Source: Gemmatimonadota bacterium (GTDB taxonomy: Bacteria > JAAXHH01). From it: DNA of 64,000 bases. Of this stretch, positions 17,272 to 26,011 are shown piece by piece; the first letter of the stretch is position 1; each line of letters begins with the position of its first letter. The stretch covers positions 297,986 through 361,985 of the forward strand of contig VXTP01000015.1 in NCBI GenBank assembly GCA_009837395.1, written 5' to 3'. Below the pieces are notes generated by a model. The model did no database searches and was not told the DNA's origin. It saw only the letters and a list, made by a program, of their open reading frames with translations. A program made the translations under genes and the position numbers.

Positions 17272-18384
17272 CTAAGGTATGGTCTTATCCGCGCCGCAGG
17301 ATTCCCGGACGGTGAGATGGGGTTTGAAGACGCTCCGACCCGGGGTGGAATGGCCGTGGATCTGGCGAAGGATGCCCCGTATCGTCCGGGCGGCCATATC
17401 CTCGAAGGGGATGGAAAGCGTAGTCAGGGATGGCCTGACATAAGCCGAGACCTCGCTGTCTCCGAAACCGGTTACCGCCATGTCGTCGGGAACCCGCACC
17501 CCGGATTCGATCAGTCCCCTGCAGACGCCGAGGGCCGTGTAGTCGGAGCAACATACAAGGGCGGTATACCGGCCGCGCAGCGCCCTGCCCAGATTGTAGC
17601 CGGCCCGGGCGTTTCCGGTTTCGACGGGAACGATGCGGGGTGCCAGCCCGTGCCTGCGCATCGCACGGCGATAACCCTCTACATGGGACCGCGGACCGCC
17701 CGAACCGATCGGATCTTCTCCCAGGAAACAGATCCGTTCATGCCCGAGACCGATGAGATGCTCGGTAACCGCCTGCATGCCCGGGGCCGGGTTCAGGAGA
17801 ACGCTCGAGACATCGTCCACGGCGAATCCAAAGGCCGCCACGGGCAGTTGGCCTCCGGCGGCATGGACGATCCGGGCCGACTCGCTTTCGTCGCCGAGAG
17901 CCTGGACCAGGATGCCGTCCACGTCGCGGGCCTTCAGATGCATGAACTGCTCGGCCTGCTCGGCCTGCTCGGCCTGTTCGGCCTGTTCAGACCGTACAGA
18001 CCGTTCGGCCCCTCCGATTTTCCCGGAAGATGCGGTCCGGCTCGAGACCGCCGCGATCAGCACCTGGTAACCGTCCCGGGCGGCGGCCTGCACCAGGTGG
18101 TTGATCTGCCTGCCGGTAAATTCCCGGCCGATCCGGCTGGTCACCAGCCCCAGGACGCCTTCCGTTCCCTGTACGAAAGCCTGGGCCATGAGATTGGGCG
18201 AATAGTCCATCTCCGCCGCGGTCCGTCTCACAAGCAGGCGCGTCTGTTCCTTTACGAGGTGGGACATGCGGGGAGACAGCGCCCTGGAGACCGTGGAGTA
18301 CGAAATGCCCAGCCGCCTGGCGATGTCCTTGATCGTGACCGGCCTGTTCCTCACGGGTCTGGCTCCCGTGACTGTGCGCGGCAC
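17272..18384 (-). CDS. LacI-family transcriptional regulator (paralog 3, with an in-frame AEQ repeat insert)
   Basis: Has the HTH VTIKDIARRLGISYSTVSRAL and ends with LTVRESCG. The start is GTG at 18384, and there is no in-frame ATG upstream of the HTH. Confidence 0.85.
   Translation of the reverse strand: MPRTVTGARPVRNRPVTIKDIARRLGISYSTVSRALSPRMSHLVKEQTRLLVRRTAAEMDYSPNLMAQAFVQGTEGVLGLVTSRIGREFTGRQINHLVQAAARDGYQVLIAAVSSRTASSGKIGGAERSVRSEQAEQAEQAEQAEQFMHLKARDVDGILVQALGDESESARIVHAAGGQLPVAAFGFAVDDVSSVLLNPAPGMQAVTEHLIGLGHERICFLGEDPIGSGGPRSHVEGYRRAMRRHGLAPRIVPVETGNARAGYNLGRALRGRYTALVCCSDYTALGVCRGLIESGVRVPDDMAVTGFGDSEVSAYVRPSLTTLSIPFEDMAARTIRGILRQIHGHSTPGRSVFKPHLTVRESCGADKTIP
17947..17988. repeat. 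in-frame 9-bp tandem repeat (about 4.6 units) encoding (AEQ)n in LacI paralog 3
   Basis: ctgctcggc x3, then ctgttcggc, then ctgttc. The protein reads SEQAEQAEQAEQAEQF. Confidence 0.95.
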
Positions 18385-18421
18385 ACGACGGCAGGTTGAA
18401 TCAATGCCTCTCCCACCCAGC

Positions 18422-18433
18422 GCACACGTGTGC
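18422..18433. promoter_or_regulatory. perfect 12-bp palindrome GCACACGTGTGC, a candidate LacI-type operator
   Basis: The sequence is self-complementary. It lies 38 bp upstream of the LacI paralog 3 start, in the spacer it shares with the divergent APC permease gene. Confidence 0.35.
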
Positions 18434-18663
18434 TTAACTGGCCGTGGCGATATGCTGGTTCATGGATAGTGTATCTCGAGTGCATTTGTGGTGATCCGGA
18501 TCTTGAGGTGTGGGCAAGCGGTATGGGTATCCTGCGAAAGGTAGGTATCTGCCGGGACGCTTGTCAAGCGGCAAGGTGGGGCTGGCGCCCGGCCGGCCGG
18601 CACGTTGCCTGCCGGGAATAAAACTGTGGCGTACCTTTCCCATCGGATGGTATCTTCTTTTCC

Positions 18664-20040
18664 GTGAAACCCGATTCATCCAGTCCTTTCCAACTCGAAA
18701 CCGAACTCAGACGCGATCTGGGCGTGGTATCCGCCACGACCATCATCGTCGGCGGTATTATCGGTTCCGGCATCTTCGGCGCGCCGGCGGGCATCGCCCA
18801 GCAACTCGGCAACCCCGGCCTGTTCCTCCTGGTATGGATCCTGGGCGGAGCGCTGGGCTTCGCCGGAGCCCTGTGCTTCGCCGAGCTCGGTACCATGATG
18901 CCCCGGAGCGGCGGGCAGTTCGTCTACCTCAACGAGGCCTTCCCGCCCATCATCGCCTTCCTCTACGGATGGGTGGAGTTCGTGCTGCTCCAGAGCGCCG
19001 GCATGGCCGCCATCGGCGCCATATGCATCAGCTACATGGGGTATTTCATCCCGGCGATCTCGTCCCAGATCATCGTGCTGGAACTCGGTCCCCTGAGCAT
19101 CTCTTCCCAGCAAGTCGCCGTCTGGGCGCTGATCCTGTTTCTCTGCTATGTCAATTACGTCGGCGTTCGTTTCGGCGGGCTGGTGATGAACCTGACGACC
19201 TTCGCCAAGGTAACGGCCCTGGTCGGCCTGGCGCTGCTGGCCGCCTGGATCGGCGGGAACAGCGAACATTTCGTGCCACTGGTGCCGCCGGACATCGACT
19301 TCAGCATCCTGGCCGTGCTCGGTCCGGCAATGATCGGCGGGCTCTTCGCCTACCAGGGCTGGGTCAACACCAACATGGTCGTGGGCGAAGTGAAGGACCC
19401 GCAGCGTATCCTGCCCCGTGTGATCTTCTTCGGCCTGGGTCTTTGCACCCTCGTTTACCTCGCGGTCAACTGGTCCTACCTGTACGTCCTGAGCATCGAC
19501 GAAATCGCGGCTTCCGAGCGTGTGGCGGCCGACGCAGCGAGCCGGCTGATCGGCCCCGTGGGCGCGTCGCTGATCTCGGCGGCCGTCATGATCTCGACCT
19601 TCGGCACCATGAACGGCACCATGATCATCACCCCCCGGATCCCCTACGCCATGGCGAGAGCGGGCCTGTTCTTCAAGTGGTTCACCCATGTGCACCCCCG
19701 GTACCGGACGCCGTCCCGCGCCGTCGTGGCCGTGTCGATCATGGGATTCGTGTGGACCTTCCTGGGCGGATTCCAGGCCATCATCAACGCCTTCGTCTAC
19801 ATCGTCTACCTGTATTACGGACTCAACGTCCTCGCACTCATCGTGCTCCGGCGCAAGCATCCGGACGCGCACCGTCCGTACAAAGTCCCCGGATATCCCT
19901 ACGTGCCGGTGCTGTTCCTGGTGGTGGTGGCGTGGGTCGTGGTGACGGTCGTCACCCAGAACTTCCTGCAAGCGCTGCCCGGACTGGGATGCCTGGGCCT
20001 GGGGGCCGTGGTGTACCTGGTCTGGTTCCGGAAAGCCTGA
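18664..20040 (+). CDS. APC-superfamily amino acid permease
   Basis: 458 aa with about 12 TM helices and a GTG start. Has the N-terminal signature IIVGGIIGSGIFGAPAGIA...AELGTMMPRSGGQFVY, typical of APC/LAT-type permeases. Confidence 0.9.
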   Translation: MKPDSSSPFQLETELRRDLGVVSATTIIVGGIIGSGIFGAPAGIAQQLGNPGLFLLVWILGGALGFAGALCFAELGTMMPRSGGQFVYLNEAFPPIIAFLYGWVEFVLLQSAGMAAIGAICISYMGYFIPAISSQIIVLELGPLSISSQQVAVWALILFLCYVNYVGVRFGGLVMNLTTFAKVTALVGLALLAAWIGGNSEHFVPLVPPDIDFSILAVLGPAMIGGLFAYQGWVNTNMVVGEVKDPQRILPRVIFFGLGLCTLVYLAVNWSYLYVLSIDEIAASERVAADAASRLIGPVGASLISAAVMISTFGTMNGTMIITPRIPYAMARAGLFFKWFTHVHPRYRTPSRAVVAVSIMGFVWTFLGGFQAIINAFVYIVYLYYGLNVLALIVLRRKHPDAHRPYKVPGYPYVPVLFLVVVAWVVVTVVTQNFLQALPGLGCLGLGAVVYLVWFRKA

Positions 20041-20111
20041 CGCACCCCGGATCCGCCGCACCCCTCTTCCTAATCCTGCCCCAACGGGCGATTTTACACT
20101 GACAGGCGCCT

Positions 20112-20182
20112 CTACCCCGACGGACTCTCCAGCACCGACGGCTCTTCTAGCCCGACGGGCGCTTTTGCCCCGACGAGCTCAT
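20112..20182. repeat. degenerate 17-18-bp tandem repeat (4 units, core CCGACG) spanning the stop codon of the NHS transporter gene
   Basis: CCGACG cores lie at 20117, 20135, 20152 and 20170. The units are ctaccccgacggactctc / cagcaccgacggctcttc / tagcccgacgggcgcttt / tgccccgacgagctcatt. Confidence 0.8.
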
Positions 20183-21379
20183 TTCCGCTTTGAATCCCGC
20201 CGCGAAGAGGATCAGGACCAGTATGACCAGGGCGGCGGGCAGGATCCAGAATACCTGCCAGTCCGACAGGCTGAGGCTCCCCGTCGAACCGAGAAAGGCA
20301 TTGTAGACCCGGCCGGCGATCTGGGCGCCGATCAGCATGCCCAGTCCGCTGGAAACGAGGACGAACAGCCCCTGGGCCTGCCCCCGGTTCGCGGGTGTCG
20401 CCTGCTGGTCCATGTAGACGTGGGCGGTCACGAAGAAGAAGTCGTAGCAGATGCCGTGGAGGATGATCCCCGTGACGATCAGGGTCCACAGGGCGTCCGG
20501 CGCGCCGAGGGAGAACAGCCCGTACCGGACGATCCAGGCGGCCATGGCGATCAGCAGCATGCGCTTCACACCGAGCCGCCGGAAGAAGAAGGGCATGCAC
20601 AGCATCAGGAAGACCTCGGAAAACTGGCCCAGGGTCTGCGTGCCCGCGATGTTCGTGAATTCCGTCGCGCCGAGGTAGATCTGCGTGAAGTTGTAGTAGA
20701 AGGCCAGCGGGATGCACAGGAGCAGGGCACTCAGGATGAACAGGTAGAACGACCGGCTGCCCAGTTCCTGCAGGGCGTCCAGCCCGATCACGGACCGCAG
20801 CGACGCCTTCCTCCCCGCCGCGGCCGGCGGCGTCCGGCCGAGCGTGAAGCTGTACAGCCCCATGACCAGGCCGGCGACCCCCGTCGTGTAGAGCGGCCAG
20901 GCCGTCTCCTCGGGAATGATCCCGCCCGTGAACAGCCCCAGGACGAAGCTGATGAAGAGTCCCGCCGCGATCCAGCCTACCGTGCCGAACACGCGGATCA
21001 GCGGATACTGCGCTTCCCGGTCCTCGATCCTGTGAAACGTGATGGCGTTCACCAGGCCCAGGGTCGGCATGTAGCAGATGTTGTAGGCCAGCAGGAGGAG
21101 GATGAAGAGGAGCGGCGAATCCACGGCCCGGGGTACGAGCAGCATGACACCGCCAGCGAGAATGTGCAGCCAGCCGAGGATCCGTTCCGGCGCGAAATAA
21201 CGGTCCGCCACCAGGCCCAGGAAGAAGGGGGAGATGATCGCGGCCACCGGGTTCACCGTGTAGGGCCAGTGGGTCAGGTCTCCCATCCCGTGGGCGCTCA
21301 TGTAGACGGCGATCGTCGTGAACCAGGCCCCCCAGATGAAGAACTGGAGGAACATCATGAGACAGAGGGATGGGGACAT
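20147..21379 (-). CDS. MFS transporter, nucleoside:H+ symporter (NHS) family-like
   Basis: 410 aa. The N-terminus LMMFLQFFIWGAWFTTIAVYM resembles NupG/XapB/YegT-type transporters. About 12 TM helices. Confidence 0.8.
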   Translation of the reverse strand: MSPSLCLMMFLQFFIWGAWFTTIAVYMSAHGMGDLTHWPYTVNPVAAIISPFFLGLVADRYFAPERILGWLHILAGGVMLLVPRAVDSPLLFILLLLAYNICYMPTLGLVNAITFHRIEDREAQYPLIRVFGTVGWIAAGLFISFVLGLFTGGIIPEETAWPLYTTGVAGLVMGLYSFTLGRTPPAAAGRKASLRSVIGLDALQELGSRSFYLFILSALLLCIPLAFYYNFTQIYLGATEFTNIAGTQTLGQFSEVFLMLCMPFFFRRLGVKRMLLIAMAAWIVRYGLFSLGAPDALWTLIVTGIILHGICYDFFFVTAHVYMDQQATPANRGQAQGLFVLVSSGLGMLIGAQIAGRVYNAFLGSTGSLSLSDWQVFWILPAALVILVLILFAAGFKAEMSSSGQKRPSG

Positions 21380-21402
21380 GGAATCCTGGTTCTATGGGCC
21401 GA

Positions 21403-21450
21403 CCGGGACGCGGCCGGCGACAGACACCGGGACGCGGCCGGCTGTGGACA
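21403..21450. repeat. 24-bp tandem duplication in the tonB-NHS intergenic spacer
   Basis: ccgggacgcggccggcgacagaca followed by ccgggacgcggccggctgtggaca, 20/24 identical. Confidence 0.9.
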
Positions 21451-21456
21451 CCGATA

Positions 21457-22368
21457 CTATCTGCCGACCTTGTAGCCGTAGCCTACGGCGATCCACGCCT
21501 TGACCGGCTGCTGCTTCAAGGTGGCGGGATGATATCGGGAAGCGTAGATCTTCTGGAGCAGCAGATCGTCGATCTCGGCGTATCCGGTCGATTCGATCAT
21601 GGTGGCGTCCACGACCTCCCCTTGTTCATCGATCAGCAGCTCGAACCGGACGATGCTGTCCTTCACGTGGCGCAGATTCCGCGGGATTTCCCTCCGGGAG
21701 ATGCTCATGTTGAGGCGGCGCGGAATGGGCGGCGTGTCGTATTTCCAGGTGCCGTCTCCCCCTTCGCCGAGGCCGCCGGTACCGCCGCTCCCGCTTCCCC
21801 CTTCGACGCCTCCCGCGACACCCGAACCTGCCATGCCCGTCTCGTCGCCGGGTTCGCTTTCGGATTCCATGGCGACGGCCACGGCTCTTTCCATCTCCTC
21901 CTGGGAAGCGATCTCGTGCTCTTCGGCGATCAGGCTGTCGTCGATCGGTTCGGGTATCCCCACGACCACGGGAACGGGCACACCCTGGCTCATGATATCG
22001 TCACCGGGATCCTCCGGCGGCTCGAGCCGTCCGGGACGGCCACCACCCTGCTCCGACGTGAGCAGCCTGGCCGGATCGATGAGGTCGATCAGGTGATCGG
22101 GATAGGGCAGGATCTCGAGCTCCACCATGGGCTCGAAGTCGATCCGGCTGTAGATGTATATGCTACCTGCGGCGAAGAAATGCAGGAAGGCGGCGAACCA
22201 GACTCCGGCGCCGAGAAACCGGCGCGAGAACCGCTTTAGCGGGTGGGGAACCAGATCCTCGAACTCGTACCGATCCAAGTACCGTCCGATCCGGTTTGCG
22301 TACTGTGCGGACCACGCGAACCATGCGGTCCGTTCGGACCGTGCTGACCGCTCAAATCGCCTGTTCAT
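21457..22368 (-). CDS. TonB-family energy transducer
   Basis: 303 aa. It has an N-terminal anchor helix, an acidic/Gly/Pro-rich linker and a C-terminal TonB_C-like domain (VRFELLIDEQGEVVDATMIESTGYAEIDDLLLQKI...AWIAVGYGYKV). Confidence 0.75.
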   Translation of the reverse strand: MNRRFERSARSERTAWFAWSAQYANRIGRYLDRYEFEDLVPHPLKRFSRRFLGAGVWFAAFLHFFAAGSIYIYSRIDFEPMVELEILPYPDHLIDLIDPARLLTSEQGGGRPGRLEPPEDPGDDIMSQGVPVPVVVGIPEPIDDSLIAEEHEIASQEEMERAVAVAMESESEPGDETGMAGSGVAGGVEGGSGSGGTGGLGEGGDGTWKYDTPPIPRRLNMSISRREIPRNLRHVKDSIVRFELLIDEQGEVVDATMIESTGYAEIDDLLLQKIYASRYHPATLKQQPVKAWIAVGYGYKVGR

Positions 22369-22523
22369 GGGAGGTCATCTCGGGGGCCGGCCACGAAGGC
22401 CCGACGGGAGAAAACTGACTGCTCGGTTTATGCCCATAAGTTCCACTGCGCCAGTCGTACTGTCAAGGTTTTTGCCCGTGTCGACTGGGTGCCGGAACCC
22501 CACTGACTGCAACCATAAAACGC

Positions 22524-22552
22524 TTGACAGGGACCCACCCCGGTTTCATCAT
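22524..22552 (+). promoter_or_regulatory. candidate sigma70-type promoter with a long leader upstream of the cyclophilin gene
   Basis: TTGACA (22524-22529), a 17-nt spacer, then CATCAT (22547-22552). It is preceded by an A-rich AAACGC segment. About 170 nt separate it from the ATG at 22723. Confidence 0.3.
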
Positions 22553-22722
22553 GCCTTACGTTTTCAGGTTCGTCCCGCCGTGCCGGGTGAACCGGTATCC
22601 GCTGCTGTTTCCACGTATTCACGACGGTGTTCATCCCACGGTCATCCGGACCGGGCGTCACGGGTGGCCGTGATGCCGTTTACCGGACGGGGATCATGCT
22701 CATGAGAATTCCGGCGACTGGT

Positions 22723-23355
22723 ATGAAACGCATCCTTGCCGGTCTGCTGCTTTGCGGTCTCTTCGGCGGAGCGGGCGGACTGACCGGACCGGGCGGACAG
22801 GTCCACGCCCAGGAAGAGGAAATCACCCTGGAGATGACTACGGAAGCGGGGACCATCGAAATCGTCCTCGACCCGGTCCGGGCGCCGGTTACCGTGGCGA
22901 ACTTCATGCAGTACGTGGATGCCGGACAGTACAACGGCGGGGTGTTCCACCGGACGGTGACCATGGACAACCAGCCGAACAACGACGTGAAGATCGAGGT
23001 GATACAGGGCGCCGTAAACCCCGATTACCGGGACGACAGCTATCCGCCCAACAGCGGATTCGATCCGATTCCCCTGGAACGGACCTCCGCGACCGGACTG
23101 AAGCACGTCGACGGGGCCATCTCCATGGCGCGCATGGGGTCCGATACGGCGACCTCCGGGTTCTTCTTCTGCATCGGCGACCAGCCTGAACTGGATTTCA
23201 GCGGAAAGCGCAACCCGGACGGACAGGGATTCGCCGCATTCGGCCGCGTGACCCGGGGCATGGACGTGATCCGGAAGATCCAGATGTCCCCCCGCGAAAA
23301 CCAGCGTCTCACGCCGCCGGTCGTGATTACCAAAGTGGAGCGTAAGACACAGTAG
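22723..23355 (+). CDS. cyclophilin-type peptidyl-prolyl cis-trans isomerase (secreted)
   Basis: Has the cyclophilin motifs VANFMQYV..YNGGVFHR and GAISMAR..SGFFFCIG. I set the start at the ATG at 22723, which gives the signal peptide MKRILAGLLLCGLFGGAG. Confidence 0.9.
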   Translation: MKRILAGLLLCGLFGGAGGLTGPGGQVHAQEEEITLEMTTEAGTIEIVLDPVRAPVTVANFMQYVDAGQYNGGVFHRTVTMDNQPNNDVKIEVIQGAVNPDYRDDSYPPNSGFDPIPLERTSATGLKHVDGAISMARMGSDTATSGFFFCIGDQPELDFSGKRNPDGQGFAAFGRVTRGMDVIRKIQMSPRENQRLTPPVVITKVERKTQ

Positions 23356-23362
23356 ATAGAAC

Positions 23363-23420
23363 CGACAGGACAATCTCGGACAGGACAACCACGGACAGGA
23401 CAACCACGGACAGGAGCGCT
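23363..23420. repeat. 15-bp tandem repeat (about 4 units) ending 2 nt upstream of the M14 peptidase start codon
   Basis: The units are cgacaggacaatct, cggacaggacaacca, cggacaggacaacca and cggacaggagcgct. The ATG is at 23423. Confidence 0.95.
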
Positions 23421-23422
23421 GT

Positions 23423-25978
23423 ATGGCCGAGCGTGTTGAACGACCGGAATCCTTCTTCGGCTTCCGGCTCGGCGACGACCGCAAGATGGCCCGCTGGGAC
23501 CGCATCGCGGAGTATTTCTACCTGTTGAACCAGCAGAGCGAGAATATACGCGTGGCCAACCTGGGTCCCACGACAGAGGGCAACCCCTTCCTGTTGGCCA
23601 TCATCACCTCCGCGGAGAACCAGGCCAGGCTGGAGGAGCTTCGGGAGGTCAACGGGCGGATCGCCGATCCGAGGGGCCTGTCCGATGCCGAAATCGACGG
23701 CCTGGTGCAGGATGGCAAGGTCATCGTCTGCCAGTCCATGAGCCTCCACGCCAATGAGATTGCCGCGACGCAGATGGCGCCCCAGCTCGCCTACAACCTG
23801 GTGACGGGCGAGGACGAGGCCACGAAGCACATCCTGGAAAACGTTATCTTCCTAATGGTGCCCTGCTTCAATCCGGACGGCCAGCTCATGGTGACCGACT
23901 GGTACAACGAGCACCTGGGCACGGAATTCGAGGGTTGCGACCTGCCCTGGCTGTATCACCGATACTGCGGCCATGACAACAACCGGGACGCCTTCATGCT
24001 GAACCTGGTGGAATCGAAGTACATGGCCCGGATCATGTTCCAGGACTGGCATCCCCATGTCTTCCAGGACCATCACGAGATGGGCGGCTATCAGCCCCGC
24101 CTGTTCGTCTGCCCCTACTGCGAACCCATTCATCCCCACGCCGACCCGCTCGTATGGCGCGAGATTAACTGGTACGGGGCCCACATGGTGTACAAGCTGG
24201 AGGAAGCGGGCCACCAGGGCGTCATCAGCGGCGCCATGTTCCCGGCCTGGTACCACATGGGGTTTCACTGGCTCGGCAACTACCACAACATCGCAAGCCT
24301 GCTTTCCGAAACCGCCCAGGCGAAACTGGCCAGTCCCCTCTACGTGCATCCTCATCAGCTCAGGGGCGAGGACGGGAACACCCTGCACACATTGCCTCAT
24401 TACAAGCCGCAGACCAATTTCCCGAATCCGTGGCCGGGGGGATGGTGGCGGCTGCGCGACATGGTGGACCAGCAGCTCGTCGCCGCCATGGGCATCATGG
24501 ACATCGCGGCGCGGTGCCGGGAAACGGTGCTGCGTAACGCCGTGCAGAAGGCCCTGCATCAGACCCAAAGAGGGCGGGAGGACGATTCAGCGGGTTTCTT
24601 CATTCGCCCGGACCAGCACGATCCGGCGGTCGTGACCCACTTGGTAAACGCCCTTCTACGCCAGGGTATCGACGTGCAGCGCACCCGGACGCGGGCGACG
24701 GTGGGAAGCCGGGTCTATCCCGCGGGTACCTGGTTCATTTCCAACGCCCAGCCCAAGCGCGGCGTGGTCAAGACGCTGCTGGAGCAGACCTTCTGGCCGG
24801 ACGACGCCTGGGCGCGCAAGGCCGACGGCTCGCCCACCAGGATCTTCGACACGACGACGGACACGCTGGCGGAGATGATGGGCGTCCGCGCGGAACCGGC
24901 GGAAGTGTCCCACGCCGCCCTGGACGAGGATGCCCTGAACCTGGACGCCGTGACCGAACCGGCGCCGGCGAACGGTGCGGTGACCGGCGACGGAGCGCAC
25001 GGCATGGCCATCGACCCTCGGTTCAACGCCGCCTTCGCCGCGGTCAACGCGGCCCTCGATGCGGGCGCGGAAGTCTACCGTGCCACTGGCCCCCTTTCCG
25101 TGGGTGGCCAAGGCATGTCGGCCATGCCGGCTGGCGCCTTTATCGTCAGCGGGATCGACCAGGCGAGGTCCGAGGAAATCGTCCGGGATGCCGGCGCCGC
25201 CGGCTACCGCCTCGAAGATCCGGTGGAAGGCGATCCGCTCGCGAAGCCGCGCATCGCCATGTACCAGCGGTACTGGGGCGGCAATATGCCCGAAGGCTGG
25301 ACCCGCATGACGCTGGAACAGTCGGGTTTTTCCTACCGCTCCGTTCGAGACGCCGATATTCAAGGCGATCTCAGCGACCTCTGCGACGTATTCATCCTGC
25401 CGGACGACACGATGGACATGATGGCCGGCACGGAACAGGAGATCGAAAGACGCCTGAAGACCGTGCCCCAGCCCGAAAAGTACCACAGCGCCCTGGGGGA
25501 TTCGGAAATCGAGGCCATCGGCGCTTTCGTGAATAAAGGCGGCACGCTCGTGGCCGTCGGACGCGCGTGCCAGCTACCCATCGAGAAGTTCGGCCTCCAT
25601 ATCACCGACGTAACGGCCGGACTGTCGGAAAGCGCGTTCTTCTGCCCCGGTTCCATGCTGCGGATCCGGGTCGACAATACCCACCCGCTTGGATACGGCA
25701 TGCCGGACCGGGCCCTGGCCATGCACCGCGGCAGCCCGGTGTATTCGATCAACCCTTCGCACTTCAACGACCGGTACGAGGTAGTTGCCGCCTATCCCGA
25801 GAAAGACGTGCTCGAGAGCGGGTGGCTGATCGGCGAGGAACATATCGCCGGCAAGCCCGCCATGATCAGCGTGCGGCACGGCGAAGGCCGCATCGTACTC
25901 TACGGGTTCCAGGTCAATTTCCGCAACCAGACCCACGGTACCTTCAAGCTGCTCTTCAACGCGTTGTACGGGAGCTGA
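23423..25978 (+). CDS. M14-family zinc carboxypeptidase-like protein (large, 851 aa)
   Basis: Has an HxxE zinc motif (LHANE), an NPDG motif (CFNPDGQ) and a downstream HDNNRD, with the spacing expected for an M14 fold. The long C-terminal extension has no assigned function. Confidence 0.7.
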   Translation: MAERVERPESFFGFRLGDDRKMARWDRIAEYFYLLNQQSENIRVANLGPTTEGNPFLLAIITSAENQARLEELREVNGRIADPRGLSDAEIDGLVQDGKVIVCQSMSLHANEIAATQMAPQLAYNLVTGEDEATKHILENVIFLMVPCFNPDGQLMVTDWYNEHLGTEFEGCDLPWLYHRYCGHDNNRDAFMLNLVESKYMARIMFQDWHPHVFQDHHEMGGYQPRLFVCPYCEPIHPHADPLVWREINWYGAHMVYKLEEAGHQGVISGAMFPAWYHMGFHWLGNYHNIASLLSETAQAKLASPLYVHPHQLRGEDGNTLHTLPHYKPQTNFPNPWPGGWWRLRDMVDQQLVAAMGIMDIAARCRETVLRNAVQKALHQTQRGREDDSAGFFIRPDQHDPAVVTHLVNALLRQGIDVQRTRTRATVGSRVYPAGTWFISNAQPKRGVVKTLLEQTFWPDDAWARKADGSPTRIFDTTTDTLAEMMGVRAEPAEVSHAALDEDALNLDAVTEPAPANGAVTGDGAHGMAIDPRFNAAFAAVNAALDAGAEVYRATGPLSVGGQGMSAMPAGAFIVSGIDQARSEEIVRDAGAAGYRLEDPVEGDPLAKPRIAMYQRYWGGNMPEGWTRMTLEQSGFSYRSVRDADIQGDLSDLCDVFILPDDTMDMMAGTEQEIERRLKTVPQPEKYHSALGDSEIEAIGAFVNKGGTLVAVGRACQLPIEKFGLHITDVTAGLSESAFFCPGSMLRIRVDNTHPLGYGMPDRALAMHRGSPVYSINPSHFNDRYEVVAAYPEKDVLESGWLIGEEHIAGKPAMISVRHGEGRIVLYGFQVNFRNQTHGTFKLLFNALYGS

Positions 25979-26011
25979 CGCGCAATCGAGCAGAGAGGAC
26001 AGGCTCACCCC

